From a virus (Duplodnaviria > Caudoviricetes), in IMG/VR virus record IMGVR_UViG_3300022217_000075, positions 1 through 38,677 of that record: a DNA stretch of 38,677 nucleotides. One strand, 5' to 3'. The stretch's first letter is position 1. Each line of letters begins with the position of its first letter. The notes beneath the pieces were generated by a model. It ran no database searches and was not told the origin of the DNA. It saw nothing but the letters and a program-made list of their open reading frames with translations. Of the stretch, positions 17,101-27,200 are shown one piece after another. A program made the translations under genes and the position numbers.

Positions 17101-20100
17101 TTCACCTCCTCGGTGATATCAACAGACTGCTGCGTTAGGAGGTTGCTCTTATATGCTGGACCTTCATAGGGTAATCTTCGCTCGGTCACTGTCCAGCCCT
17201 CGCCCTTCTCTTTAGACTTTCTTATCATGCGAGCTGTCTCACTATGATGGGATGGGCCACCCTCTTGCTGAGGCATGGACTGATTATATATTGCGCCCTC
17301 GGGATCCCGAAGCTCTACGACAACATTCCCCCTTCCCCTCAGCTCGCCGCCGATCTCTTCCGCAGCTGCCTCAGCCAACTCGTGCTCAGCACCGCGATAA
17401 GATTTTACGAACTCGCCGTCTGGACCGAAAACATCTACGACTTCTGGACCGACGTAACCCTTGCTTTCTGACATGTTCAACTTTGTCGTACCTACCCGCA
17501 CTCCGTACTTCTTCAAAAACTTGTTAAGGAAATTCGGGATCACTTTATTGTAGAGCGTCGTGGCCCACTCACCACCTACTTCGAGGTCAACGCCTTCAAG
17601 AGTTGACCAGTTGAGTCTCACGTCATCCTCAACCATGCTATCAACAAGTGCCTGGGCTTCGGGAGCCGTTTCAAAATTATCAATCTGAGTACCCCCTACA
17701 AAAACTCCCCACCTGTTCTCACCATAAACTTTAACGGTCTCGACTCTCGGCTTCTCACTTTCCTGAGCCAGCAACCTATCGGCCAACTCCTTACCTATGA
17801 GAGTTTGTAGATCAGTAGCGAGCACGTTGTCCCTGGTCATGGCAACACTGCCGCCTAAGTTGTAGGCTTTAAACTCTCTGGTGACTATGTTCCACGAGAT
17901 CTTACTTACTTTCTTCCTCAGATTGTAGCGGTCCTGCGTCTGCGCTCCCGTCACCCATGAGATCTTATCGAAGCCCTCTTCCGCAGCATAACGCACCATG
18001 CGCTTGAGAGTGAACTCGTGCCAGTTTTTCAGAAGCGGAGCGTCGGGGACTCCCTTCTCCAGTTTGTTCATCTCATTGAGAAGGTTTTCTTTTGCCAGCG
18101 TGAGTCTGTTCGCGTGCAAAGCCTCTTCTTCGGTAGCGATCCCCTCAGTGAAAACTGTTATGTTGAGTGCAGCGCGCTGCGAATTAAGTTTAGTAAGGGC
18201 TGCTTCAATAGCACCTTCTCTAGTAGTGTGAGCGCCAGCCCAGTATTTCGCGTGCTTCTGACCAGGCGGTATAATGCCCCACTGCATATCTTCGGGAGCA
18301 CTGCGATCTATAATGGGCTCGTAGTCTTTAGGTAACTTGTCCAAAGGCCCACGTTGCTCTTCTATCTTCTCGGCGTACTTCTTTTCGAGGCTCTCTCTGT
18401 AATCTCTTTCTTTGTCAACAGCCTGGTAGTAACCCGTGCGGAGCTCTTCCGGTACCGGTCCCTTTACCCCGACTCTCCGCGCGTCGAGCATCCAGTCACT
18501 TTGGACTTCTTCGAGGAAAAGAACTTTGTTACCCGCTACATCTTCACGAGTCTTGAACCTCACATGCGAAAGTATATTATCTTCGTCGAAGTGGCCACCG
18601 TGATAGCGGGGAGGTCTCGGATTAGCGCGTATGACAGCCTGATTCCACTTAGTGTAAAGTGGCTGCGGCACATTCTGGAAGGCCCAGGTTGTTTGCTCTG
18701 ACGGGTGTGCGCCTTTAGGGAACCCTGGAGCAGCCGCAATCTCTTCCCACGCAGCGTCGCGCTCAGCTATAGCTTCACGTATAATCTTCTCTTCGCCAAG
18801 TACGGGGATCTCCGGGATCCTTATTAAGAACTCCGTGTAATCCCAGCCACCAGGCTCTTGATAATCGGAGTCGGAGAACTTCACAGTATCTTCGCCAGCA
18901 CCGTAATCATCGTCCCACTCAGGATCGTAAATATCAACCCCGTGGTAATCTCTCACCAGTTCTACTGCTCTGTCATGGGCTTCTGACTCGTAGGTATAGT
19001 CTCCTTCGTGCCGACCATTAAAAATCACTACGTGCTGATCGTTGATTTCATCATTGATAATTTTCAGATCGTAGTCCATGTGCTCCGATACGGTCTGCTG
19101 GTTAGCGTCTTCCCACGCCATTTCCACCGCACGATTGTGAGCTAAATCATTTACAGCTTCATCCCATGAAGCCTCATCAAACTCACCAGTATCCTCGTCA
19201 GTATAATCTTCTTTGTCGATCTCTTCATTCTCTACGATCTGCTCCACCTGGTCATCTGCCATTTCTGATACGAAGTCTGCGTCCGGTTCTTCCGCTTCGT
19301 AGGAACCCCAGTTGTCATTGAACTCTTCAATAGTTACATCCTCTTCGGGACGCTCATACTTTTCCTCGTCCTTTATGACGTCCTCCATTTCAAGCGCGTG
19401 CAGCTTGAGATATGAAAGCACTTCGTCCTTCGTAACGCTCTTCTTACCTTTCAGAAACTCTTCTATACCAGTCCACTTTATCTCATCGGCCTTGACCCCG
19501 CCCTTGCGAACAATGTTCATCACCGTATCACCAGGCGCCTTGCTCGGCATTTTGTTCCGCAGAACTTTTTCAAGCTGCGAGAAGAACGCCGGGACTGGAG
19601 GTACGTACGCAGGCTGGTAGAACGTCTGCCCTTCCTCTACTACATCTCCACGGTAGACAGACTGTATCTGCTCATTACCGAGCACCATAAGATCTTCGAT
19701 CTTGCCCCGGTTCTGCAGAAGGATACCATCGTAACCCTCAGCAGCCAGCTCTTCGAGATTGAACCCGCGCCCGGTGAAGGCTTCAAACTCCTCCGGTATA
19801 TTGAAGTCAAAATACTTCGGGTTCTCCAGTCTAACGTAAGCAGGGTAGATAGCCCTCTGAGCTACACCCACCTCAACTCCCTTGTCCGTAAAAGCGGCTG
19901 CATACTCGGGATCCGTAGTAAAGTAAATTCCGTCGTACCGGGGCTTCTCGAATTTTGCGAATCCTGCGTAGGGCGTTCCGTGATAAACTACTAGCGGATT
20001 ACCTGCTTCGTCTACCACGACGCTTTCTCCAAACCACTCTTCAAAGTTTACAGTACCATCCTCAACCCTACCGTCCTGGTTATAGGTAACGCTGTCAGCA

Positions 20101-22025
20101 AGTTCACGATCCTCGCGGATCTTCTCAACCTCTTCGGTGAAGTCTCCCAGCGTTTGACCGGCGCGAACTTTCTTAACCATGCGCCTAACCAGCATAGTGT
20201 CACGCTCTTCGCCAGGGCGAGCCCGGACAAAAGCTCTCCGCTCTCCTATGCGGCGTTCTTCAAACTCCTCAGCCATTTCTTTCTGGACTTTCCTGCGCTC
20301 TTCCTTCCTCGGAGCGAGAGCCTCAACTCCTTCCCTCTTCTCACGGATCTGCGCAACGGCGTCAGTGAAATCGGTACCGATCTCTTTACCTGCGCGGACC
20401 TTCTCAATCATACCGCGCACCAGCATATTATCTCGTGCTTCTCGGACGTCGGGCTCTCTGCGGTACACTTCCCGAGGCGCAGCAGCTTCGCCTGTAATGG
20501 TAAGACCGTAGCTCTCAAATAACTGAACAGGATCTATACCGGCTCTCTCGGCAAGAGCGGTGAGCGGAGCCCCGTAGAGAGCTTCTGCTTGAGCCCGAGC
20601 GTCGGTTTCGGAGATCCCGGCTTCGACGAGCTGAGTCTGTACTGATTGCGATATGCGCGCTGCCTGCTCGACTGCTGCAGCCTCAACATCTTCCGCAGCG
20701 AAGATCTCACGGAGCCGCGTAACCTTCTTACTGAAATCTTCGACCTGGGCAGCGTTGCCTTCGGCTATCTTCTGCAGATCTCCTACTGAGCTCTCTATGT
20801 GAGCTTTCCCCTCGGGTGTATCTGCCAGGCCGTCGAGCGCCTGGAGCGTCGCTTCCTCGGGCGTAGCACCGGCAGCAACGGCCTTCCTCTTCAACTCGTC
20901 AAATTGCTTTCTCAGCTCGGGGGGAGCAGTCTCCACAACATGCTCAGTGAGCCCACTCCAAACACTCCCAGCTCCTCCCATACCCATACCGAAGATAGCA
21001 CCGATCACGCTGGCCTCATTCAGCTCTGGATCCGTGAAGTCAAAAAACTTTGCCTCTTCTCCAAGAGCCTCAGCAGTTATGACAGCCTGGTACCGTTCCT
21101 CAGCAGCTTCCATCAATCCAACGCCGCCGAGCTTCGTTATAGCAGCGAGAGTACGTTGCAGCATAACACGCTGACCACTCTTGCCTGCAACTCTCAAAGG
21201 TGTAAATGATGCAGCGAACTGAACGGCGTCTACGCCGGTGAGCATCATGTTACCCTTGAACACCTGGTCAGCAGCTTCCTGAGCCTCCTCTTCTGACATA
21301 CCCTTAGCCAATCCTTCGTCATACGCTCCACCGGCTTCAAAAGCCGACTCCACCGGCCTGCTGAGGGCAGCGCCACCAACAGCTCCGAGTACTGTAGTCC
21401 CAAACGCGCCGAGGCCAATAGCACCGGCAGCAGTAACTCCAGCATACGCACCGACGATAGCAGCGGGGATAAGTGACAGAGTGAACGGTACAGATCTCAC
21501 GCCCGTCGTAGCCCACCATTCAGAATCGGAGAGCTTACCCATAGTGAACTCGCTCATATCACTGGGAGGGATGTACGCCTGCTGCAGCCTATTGCCATAA
21601 TCGCGGTAGACGTCAGAAGCCTCCTTCGAGAAGCCCAGCCATTCCATCGTACCGCCCATAGTAGTGTATACATCTCCGAAACCAGCCTTGAAGGATCCCT
21701 TCGCTTTCTTCCAGAGCTGCTTCTCACCATACGCCTCGGTGAAAGTATCTTCCATGCTGAACGCCTGCGCCGGGGTGATGTCATTAGTCGAGGCTATAGT
21801 GAGAGAGTTCTGAATGCTTTCCCCGTACTGCCTCATCTCCTCGGGGAGCTCATTCTTTATCTCGTCCCATCTCGGAATGGTGACAGGACGCTCAACATCG
21901 AGAGGCTCTACCACAGGCTCTTCTACCTCTTCCTCGGGTGCCTGGTAATCAGGGAGAGTCTGTAAAAAACTCTGCTCGTCTTCCGCTTTATCAGGGAGAC
22001 CTGTAATGTCGATATCAAGTGGCAT
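14112..22025 (-). CDS. Large polyvalent internal virion (ejection) protein, 2637 aa
   Basis: Occupies the T7 gp16 slot; Gly/Ala hydrophobic segments; ART-PolyVal-like VVYHGT...GIYFT...GYDGI; EEVQSD domain; STFFHETGH...EQWA metallopeptidase-like motif. Confidence 0.88.
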   Translation of the reverse strand: MPLDIDITGLPDKAEDEQSFLQTLPDYQAPEEEVEEPVVEPLDVERPVTIPRWDEIKNELPEEMRQYGESIQNSLTIASTNDITPAQAFSMEDTFTEAYGEKQLWKKAKGSFKAGFGDVYTTMGGTMEWLGFSKEASDVYRDYGNRLQQAYIPPSDMSEFTMGKLSDSEWWATTGVRSVPFTLSLIPAAIVGAYAGVTAAGAIGLGAFGTTVLGAVGGAALSRPVESAFEAGGAYDEGLAKGMSEEEAQEAADQVFKGNMMLTGVDAVQFAASFTPLRVAGKSGQRVMLQRTLAAITKLGGVGLMEAAEERYQAVITAEALGEEAKFFDFTDPELNEASVIGAIFGMGMGGAGSVWSGLTEHVVETAPPELRKQFDELKRKAVAAGATPEEATLQALDGLADTPEGKAHIESSVGDLQKIAEGNAAQVEDFSKKVTRLREIFAAEDVEAAAVEQAARISQSVQTQLVEAGISETDARAQAEALYGAPLTALAERAGIDPVQLFESYGLTITGEAAAPREVYRREPDVREARDNMLVRGMIEKVRAGKEIGTDFTDAVAQIREKREGVEALAPRKEERRKVQKEMAEEFEERRIGERRAFVRARPGEERDTMLVRRMVKKVRAGQTLGDFTEEVEKIREDRELADSVTYNQDGRVEDGTVNFEEWFGESVVVDEAGNPLVVYHGTPYAGFAKFEKPRYDGIYFTTDPEYAAAFTDKGVEVGVAQRAIYPAYVRLENPKYFDFNIPEEFEAFTGRGFNLEELAAEGYDGILLQNRGKIEDLMVLGNEQIQSVYRGDVVEEGQTFYQPAYVPPVPAFFSQLEKVLRNKMPSKAPGDTVMNIVRKGGVKADEIKWTGIEEFLKGKKSVTKDEVLSYLKLHALEMEDVIKDEEKYERPEEDVTIEEFNDNWGSYEAEEPDADFVSEMADDQVEQIVENEEIDKEDYTDEDTGEFDEASWDEAVNDLAHNRAVEMAWEDANQQTVSEHMDYDLKIINDEINDQHVVIFNGRHEGDYTYESEAHDRAVELVRDYHGVDIYDPEWDDDYGAGEDTVKFSDSDYQEPGGWDYTEFLIRIPEIPVLGEEKIIREAIAERDAAWEEIAAAPGFPKGAHPSEQTTWAFQNVPQPLYTKWNQAVIRANPRPPRYHGGHFDEDNILSHVRFKTREDVAGNKVLFLEEVQSDWMLDARRVGVKGPVPEELRTGYYQAVDKERDYRESLEKKYAEKIEEQRGPLDKLPKDYEPIIDRSAPEDMQWGIIPPGQKHAKYWAGAHTTREGAIEAALTKLNSQRAALNITVFTEGIATEEEALHANRLTLAKENLLNEMNKLEKGVPDAPLLKNWHEFTLKRMVRYAAEEGFDKISWVTGAQTQDRYNLRKKVSKISWNIVTREFKAYNLGGSVAMTRDNVLATDLQTLIGKELADRLLAQESEKPRVETVKVYGENRWGVFVGGTQIDNFETAPEAQALVDSMVEDDVRLNWSTLEGVDLEVGGEWATTLYNKVIPNFLNKFLKKYGVRVGTTKLNMSESKGYVGPEVVDVFGPDGEFVKSYRGAEHELAEAAAEEIGGELRGRGNVVVELRDPEGAIYNQSMPQQEGGPSHHSETARMIRKSKEKGEGWTVTERRLPYEGPAYKSNLLTQQSVDITEEVKDAALKEGFTLYQREPEAPKGKIRVGPRSLDITLLKGADRSTFFHETGHFYLKVMGDLASMPGAKKGIVEDYAEILDWLGVEAGTVAERRDSITEAQQEQWARGFEAYILEGSAPSAGLRAAFNQFRQWLMEVYKSLSELNVELTPAVRDVMDRLLTAQDSIELVQTDIDNTVVDLVAEGKDVEKITQAEIKKSLVPARRETVKGVILQSVGARPVFKYIREDKAMQAAWKKAERQAREAFKAGKEVEAAKWKDKMKDVIRRANEKVEKIQTEKQKMAKRRRTLNTIKKYLGLTDAQMKGLTKQRNVGNMTDFAFKQFKDDLLIRAEQVMETAVAKSRVMETIERKRLGNVEDYRKSLKLPAIRKMDDRQLREFADLLEGFHDGDVFLSPRKLELVDRTDLKGIRTWREAKERLSDELGIPVDELDTIKVGEFDDYRWDTSLAERNPFYRMLVEETAGGMISANARVHKIENEVYELARKSEKSRGRSLTRKLIPQDPQIMAYLEATDENRKAAGEQLTPEQLDLAHYMQQYYRNALTYLQQTNSLQKGRENYMVHLRRSFLEVTKDDGLLNAVKSLFQSYQLDEMVFNILDESTDQILPLEKFFKFSMQRTGTLTPTTNVTKAFLVYVQTMEKKMALDEMLPKLDIYTQAITPRKMTPRGLEADQSLKKFVYKFINNKKGRQIRWIGKQGGKVDLSIRALRSFVTLLDLGLNIPIGVASFVGEQTVTFEMLGVKGYTLGNTRMRTKKGKAILEKYQAFTGRSAWEEFWAPGKEIGDRLMEGMFFLFHKSSVLANKQFLLASLTKDEYNRGVIRNSRLAQIRTEMGRFRAIPGAKSLVGSTAAGGAGIQYKTWAVPVMRTLVKDFQVFMDGVRARKLSTLTTREARELYRLVGLSFVVLVMFGMGDKDDKSFVGQLSFKARREAFTMIQSISPEMWLSTPRLFGFVSQFGQNLQSILTLEKYKTKEGFKGVGKLKKQLTPGPLRHLGKEEKGKTVL

Positions 22026-23671
22026 TATAATCTATCCTCTATGTACTTAATGTTCGCTTCCGTAGTAGGCTGACCTTTGCTCTGGAGATACTCGACAGCC
22101 TGTTTCCGTTTGCCTCTCTTCGCCGGTGACATTTTGCGAGGCTTACCTATGATCTTCTGCAGCCTCTCTTCTCGCCGCGTCCGGGCAGCTTCGGTACCGG
22201 CTTCACTGCCGAGGTAGCTAAAGAAAGTCTCCATCCATCTCAGTTCGATGGGTTTCATTATCTGATCTACGAACTCCGCAGGATCTCCTTCGGGATGTGC
22301 TTCCAGGTATGAGTGCAGCATACTGCTCGCCTCAGCCCACGCCTTAGCGTTTGCCTCTGGATCAGTGCTGAATATCTTTTTGCCCTTCGCGTCATCTATG
22401 CGCTTGAAGGCCAGCATAGCATTCGGCTGTCTCTTAGGATCTCGGAGCTTCTGTAGTGTGCGGTATCCCAGAGCACTCAGCTCTTTATTGCGGAGCATAG
22501 AGTCAAGATCCGCATCCCGGAGCACCGCTATGTTCGCAGGATCCGAAAGCGTGGCACGGTTGATCTCCTGCTCCAGTTTAAGCAACTCATCCGTCTTGCT
22601 GTTTATATTCGTGACAGCTTTTCTAAAAGCCCCTCTGTTTTTGCCAGGGAGAGCAGCGAACTCTTCCGAAGCGTAGAGAGCCTCTACAGGAGCCCCGTTG
22701 CCGTGAGCTTCCCACAAAAGATTTTCGTTAGCGTCAGCTCTCTCTTTTACCGACGCATCGTGGACCGTCTTCCGCTCATTAAGGAGAGTCTTGACCGACT
22801 TTAATACATCGGTATCCTTCGTACTCTCACGAGCTGCTTGCATCATTCGGTCAAGGTGTACTGCTTGATCGTCATCCGTGGGAGCCAACTCCCCCCAGAT
22901 ACTACCCGCGATCCGAGCAGCTTCTCCATCGGTGGAAGCCTCGCCCATTCTCGTTTGCAGAGCGGCGTCCTCGAAGATCACCTTATCGTGTTTTTTGTAA
23001 TAGTCCTCAGCAGCCTGGTCATCTCCTTTTGCGAGGTACTGCTGGATGACGATCTTGTGCAAGTCGCTCACCGTGCTCTCTTTCGCTGCCTTCGTCCATT
23101 TAGCCTCTTTGCCGTTCACAGTAGCGTTTCTCACTATCAGCTGCTTCGACTCGTCGATCAGCCTCAAGAGCTCAGTCGGGTTGTCGTAGGCATTCTCAAC
23201 TTCTCTCTTCTTCGACACGAGCGCAGCCTGGTACACCGAGTTCTCGTGGAGGAGAGTCTGCTTACTCTGGTGGACCTGCAGCTTAGAATCGAAGGCACCG
23301 CCAGTGAGCATTGACCTGGCACGCACCGCGTCGCGCTGGGCGTCATTGGCCAATCCATTCAGAACATTGTCTACGAACATTCTCCTATCCTCAAGCACAT
23401 CGTCGTAGCCTGCCAGGGCGTCTTTACCCAAACGATTGAGCGCACCGCTCTGCGGGTTGTGGAGAAGATCCGTATCGTTGTTCGCTATGGAGGTGTCGGC
23501 CTCAAGGATAGCGATGTCATTAACTCTTCTGACCTGCCGATCATAAAGTTCAGTGGCTACCTTTGATAACTTGCTCGGAACCTCAGAAGGTTCGATACCT
23601 TGTCCGGGAACCGGAGTCTCCAGATTAGCGTACCTCTTAGTCTTTAGTCTATCAGGTGCTCTCGGAGCCAT
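22025..23671 (-). CDS. Internal virion (ejection) protein, T7 gp15 position
   Basis: Alpha-helical composition, synteny between the small ejection protein and the giant protein, TAATG coupling. Confidence 0.7.
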   Translation of the reverse strand: MAPRAPDRLKTKRYANLETPVPGQGIEPSEVPSKLSKVATELYDRQVRRVNDIAILEADTSIANNDTDLLHNPQSGALNRLGKDALAGYDDVLEDRRMFVDNVLNGLANDAQRDAVRARSMLTGGAFDSKLQVHQSKQTLLHENSVYQAALVSKKREVENAYDNPTELLRLIDESKQLIVRNATVNGKEAKWTKAAKESTVSDLHKIVIQQYLAKGDDQAAEDYYKKHDKVIFEDAALQTRMGEASTDGEAARIAGSIWGELAPTDDDQAVHLDRMMQAARESTKDTDVLKSVKTLLNERKTVHDASVKERADANENLLWEAHGNGAPVEALYASEEFAALPGKNRGAFRKAVTNINSKTDELLKLEQEINRATLSDPANIAVLRDADLDSMLRNKELSALGYRTLQKLRDPKRQPNAMLAFKRIDDAKGKKIFSTDPEANAKAWAEASSMLHSYLEAHPEGDPAEFVDQIMKPIELRWMETFFSYLGSEAGTEAARTRREERLQKIIGKPRKMSPAKRGKRKQAVEYLQSKGQPTTEANIKYIEDRL

Positions 23672-23674
23672 TAC

Positions 23675-24244
23675 CTACCTCCCGCTTTTCCATCTTTCAT
23701 AGTAGCCTATGCCACGGGAGATCCCGGTAAGAGCTCTCTCGGTCCTCCTGGCCCCGCCGCGTATAGACTCCATTCGACTTTCCATCCTGATTGCTCCCGC
23801 GCGAACCTGGTACCCCAGAGCTTCCCTTGACGCATTGTTGACAATGGTTAGAGCATTCAGCTCTATAAGATCGAGCTCCTCTTGAACAACATCACCAGCT
23901 GATACATCACCGCCCGTGAGTCTAATCCCCTGAGCAGCCAGTGCTGCGCGAGCAGATCCTACACGTTTCTTTCCAGCTGCGCGGAATCGGGCAACCTCTT
24001 CCTGCCCTCGTCTCTTCGCGTCACGTGCCAGCATGTCATTGATCCGAGCGTTAGAGTCCAGGACAGCTTTCCGAGCTCTCTCATTCTCGCGGTCCACGAA
24101 GATATCACCGATCACTCCCATGAGATCAGCACCGACCCCGGCAATCCCCATGATGTTAGGAGTACCTGCAGAGGTAGCAGCGCCCGGATCGTACATGGAG
24201 AAGTCCATGCTCGGCACTTGATAATTTAAAGAGTAGTCAGCCAT
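23675..24244 (-). CDS. Small internal virion (ejection) protein, T7 gp14-like
   Basis: Gly-rich hydrophobic N-segment, DA..RG...G..RAALAAQGI...SA.DV motif, follows the nozzle gene. Confidence 0.75.
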   Translation of the reverse strand: MADYSLNYQVPSMDFSMYDPGAATSAGTPNIMGIAGVGADLMGVIGDIFVDRENERARKAVLDSNARINDMLARDAKRRGQEEVARFRAAGKKRVGSARAALAAQGIRLTGGDVSAGDVVQEELDLIELNALTIVNNASREALGYQVRAGAIRMESRMESIRGGARRTERALTGISRGIGYYERWKSGR

Positions 24245-24253
24245 GTTACGCTC

Positions 24254-27200
24254 CTATCGTTTAGTAGTTGCGGCTAAGTATCCCGAAGGTACAACAGCAA
24301 GCACTGAGAGAGGCAGGGGATCTGTCTGCCGTATGAGAATGCCACCTTCCGCATTCCACTCAGGTTGCATGGCGATCTCCTGCGTTCCCGACCTCAGCGC
24401 AATAGGATCACTATACCCTTCGTCACTGCGCTGCTTGAACTCATTGAGAGCATCTTCGTTAGGACCGACCCAGCCGCCACGAGAGTCTTCCAGGAACACA
24501 GTAAGGCTGGACACGTTCTTTCTCTTATCTGCGAGGCTGGCCCCTTCCGCATTATCCATCCTGAGTGTTTCCAGATCAGAGATGTAAGGAAGTCCTACGT
24601 GTATCACAGTATACGGTTTTTCGAGAGTGATAGATCCTCCTGATACTGTCAAAACATCATACGCAGAGTTGTTAGGATTAGCAACCACGAACCCGTCCGC
24701 GAACACGCTCACATCCTCGCCCTCTAAATGGTCAAGCCCAGACAACTGATCGACGGCGCGCGCCCAGGTAGAAATTACACTATCGCGCATCACACTGGGT
24801 ACAGTCATGTGAGGTCTCACCGTTACAATCGTGTCGGACGTGTAAGCCGTAACAGTGCAGCGCAATGTCTCAGTGCCGACAGTGAGCCAGTATTGATTAC
24901 CTACATCCGTAGTGAAGAAGGCAGCTGCGCTGGCCGTCAGTGTCATTTCTTCCTCGTACAGCCAGAGGCTCCCCCCGGAGAGTGTCATAGTTGTGGATCC
25001 AGTATGGCGTCCGTCGTATGAAAGAGACGAGTCCATAAATACCGCATCGACGATATCATCAATCGGCCTGGGTGTCAGCTTCTCAATGTACCTATGAACA
25101 ACACCTTGAATCGTCCTCTTTACTACCATGTAAAGAACGTCGCGGCCAGCTTCCGGTATAACGCATACACTCTCAACACCGCCGCCGAAGGTATGCTGGT
25201 GCCAGGCATTGATCTGCTGCTCACGAATATATGTCATTCCGAGAAGCGTACCGTCATCCCTCACAGCCCACACGATAGAGTGCGGAGTCTGCTGATACGC
25301 CCAGTCTACGAGAGTGTAATTATCGAACAGGTGAGCAGCGAAGATGGAGAGCTCACTCCCTCGGTACCCGTTGCTTTCATACTCGTAGCCGAGATCTCTA
25401 ATAATGGATCCCCGTGCCTGGACGTAAATAGCATTACCATCTACGACCAGCGGAGCAAGATCACTACAGCCGTTAGCGGTCTGCTGCTTCGGGTTGATTG
25501 CCGAAGGTGTGAGGATCCCGGCACCATCACCCTGTATGATCCACTCACCGGAAGCGGTGAACACTACGAGCTCTCCGACGTCGAGGAGATGCTTCACAGC
25601 GTTGACCTGCCGCCCGACAATAGAGAACGTCACAGCGTCATCGTCCTGGAGCGGAGTAGAGACCATCATGTTCTTACGCAGTCCCGACTTACTACCCCAG
25701 ATCCCCTCAGTATTGTTTCTCTGGAAGCCGTACATCATTCTCTGCTGGTAGTACGTACTCGTAGCAGGGAAGTTATTAGCCTCCTGCACGGTGCCGCCTG
25801 ACGCCCACGCAGTATACGCAGTGGAGTCGATGTCTACAAAGGTATGAGGATCTGCGAGAGCTACAGTAGTAGCCGTGACAGCTGAAACGTAGAAGAGGAG
25901 ATTATTGAGCTCAGTCATCCCCGTAATACCTTCAATCCATATATGGTCCCCTACAACGTAGGTGTGAGCTCCGATAGTAACGACGCACGGATCAGCCTGC
26001 GAGATAGCGGTAATGTTATCAGCATCACCGAGAGCAAAGGGTTGCCGATCCTCGGGCGGCGTGTCAGTCGTGTCAGCGAGGTAGCTATCACATTTGAACG
26101 TCGGAGAAGCCTCAGCACCGGCTACACCGATGAAGCCGAAAACTCCGTTGAGCTTCTTATAGATGTTGTACATTCCCGCGCCGGTCACTGTGTCCCATGA
26201 AAGATTAGAGGTCTCAGTGGAGGATCCTATCTCTGCCGTAGGCAAGCTCTCCTCATTCGTCTCCGCATCGACGGCTGTTACCTTGTAATAGAAAGCTGTG
26301 CCGCTCGCATCACTGGCTAAGTTTGCGGGCGTTGCAATGGTAGCAGCGAATGATTGAGTGTTAATACTCCAGTCATCGTCAGCCAGGCGCGTAACATCTT
26401 TAATAGGATGGTGCGGGTGCGTAATGGTGAGCACGTCGGCTGACTGAGTATACTCAAGGGTGAAGAGATCCTCTTCGGGGTATCCAGTAGCAAAGCTGTA
26501 AACGCGCTCAGCTGTACCGCCGCTAGTATAAGTGTCACCATCTCCGGGATCTCCGGGATTATTCGTGTGACGTACATCACTAACCCAGCCAGTACAGGCC
26601 CAAGTTCCGGGCTGGTCAGCCCAGCCGTAAGTGGCGGTCATGTACCTCCAGTCCTTCTTCCCCTGCGCCGCAGTTATTGACGTACTTTGCCGATAGATCA
26701 GATTAGTATCATTTGTTCTGTCAGCATCGGTGGGGTAGATCGACCAGATGATATCGCCGTACGGAGACGCGTCCTCGTCTCTCTCCATTCTCATGTAGTA
26801 ATCGGTGTTCAGCGATACCCCGTAAGTTCTCAGCTCTGTTAGAATAGAATTGTGCCTTACGTAAATGCGAGCATGAAGACCGGGCGTACCGTCATGGAAC
26901 CATATACCACCTTCTTGATCTCCGTCCTGGTAGATATCCCAGCCGTCTCCAGCACCGCCTGAGAGGTTATGCAGCGTGGGAAATCCGAGAACAGCATAAG
27001 ATGCGAATGTGCCATTGACTCTCGTGGTCCAGTCAATGATATAATTTCCATCGAAGTAATCAGCACCGAAATCTTTGTGTAAACTCACAGCAGGTACGTG
27101 CCTATTTGTAGTGAGGTCAGCCTTACTAGGAGGTCCACCACTCACGACCATTTTCGCACCGGTGTCAGTCTCGATCCAGCTTGAATCGGTGAGATCCTCG

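Noticed and set aside
22025-23671. Lytic transglycosylase or muramidase domain in the ejection proteins
   Set aside because: Expected by analogy with T7 gp16, but no ES...A.GLMQ-type or other muralytic motif was recognised by eye.
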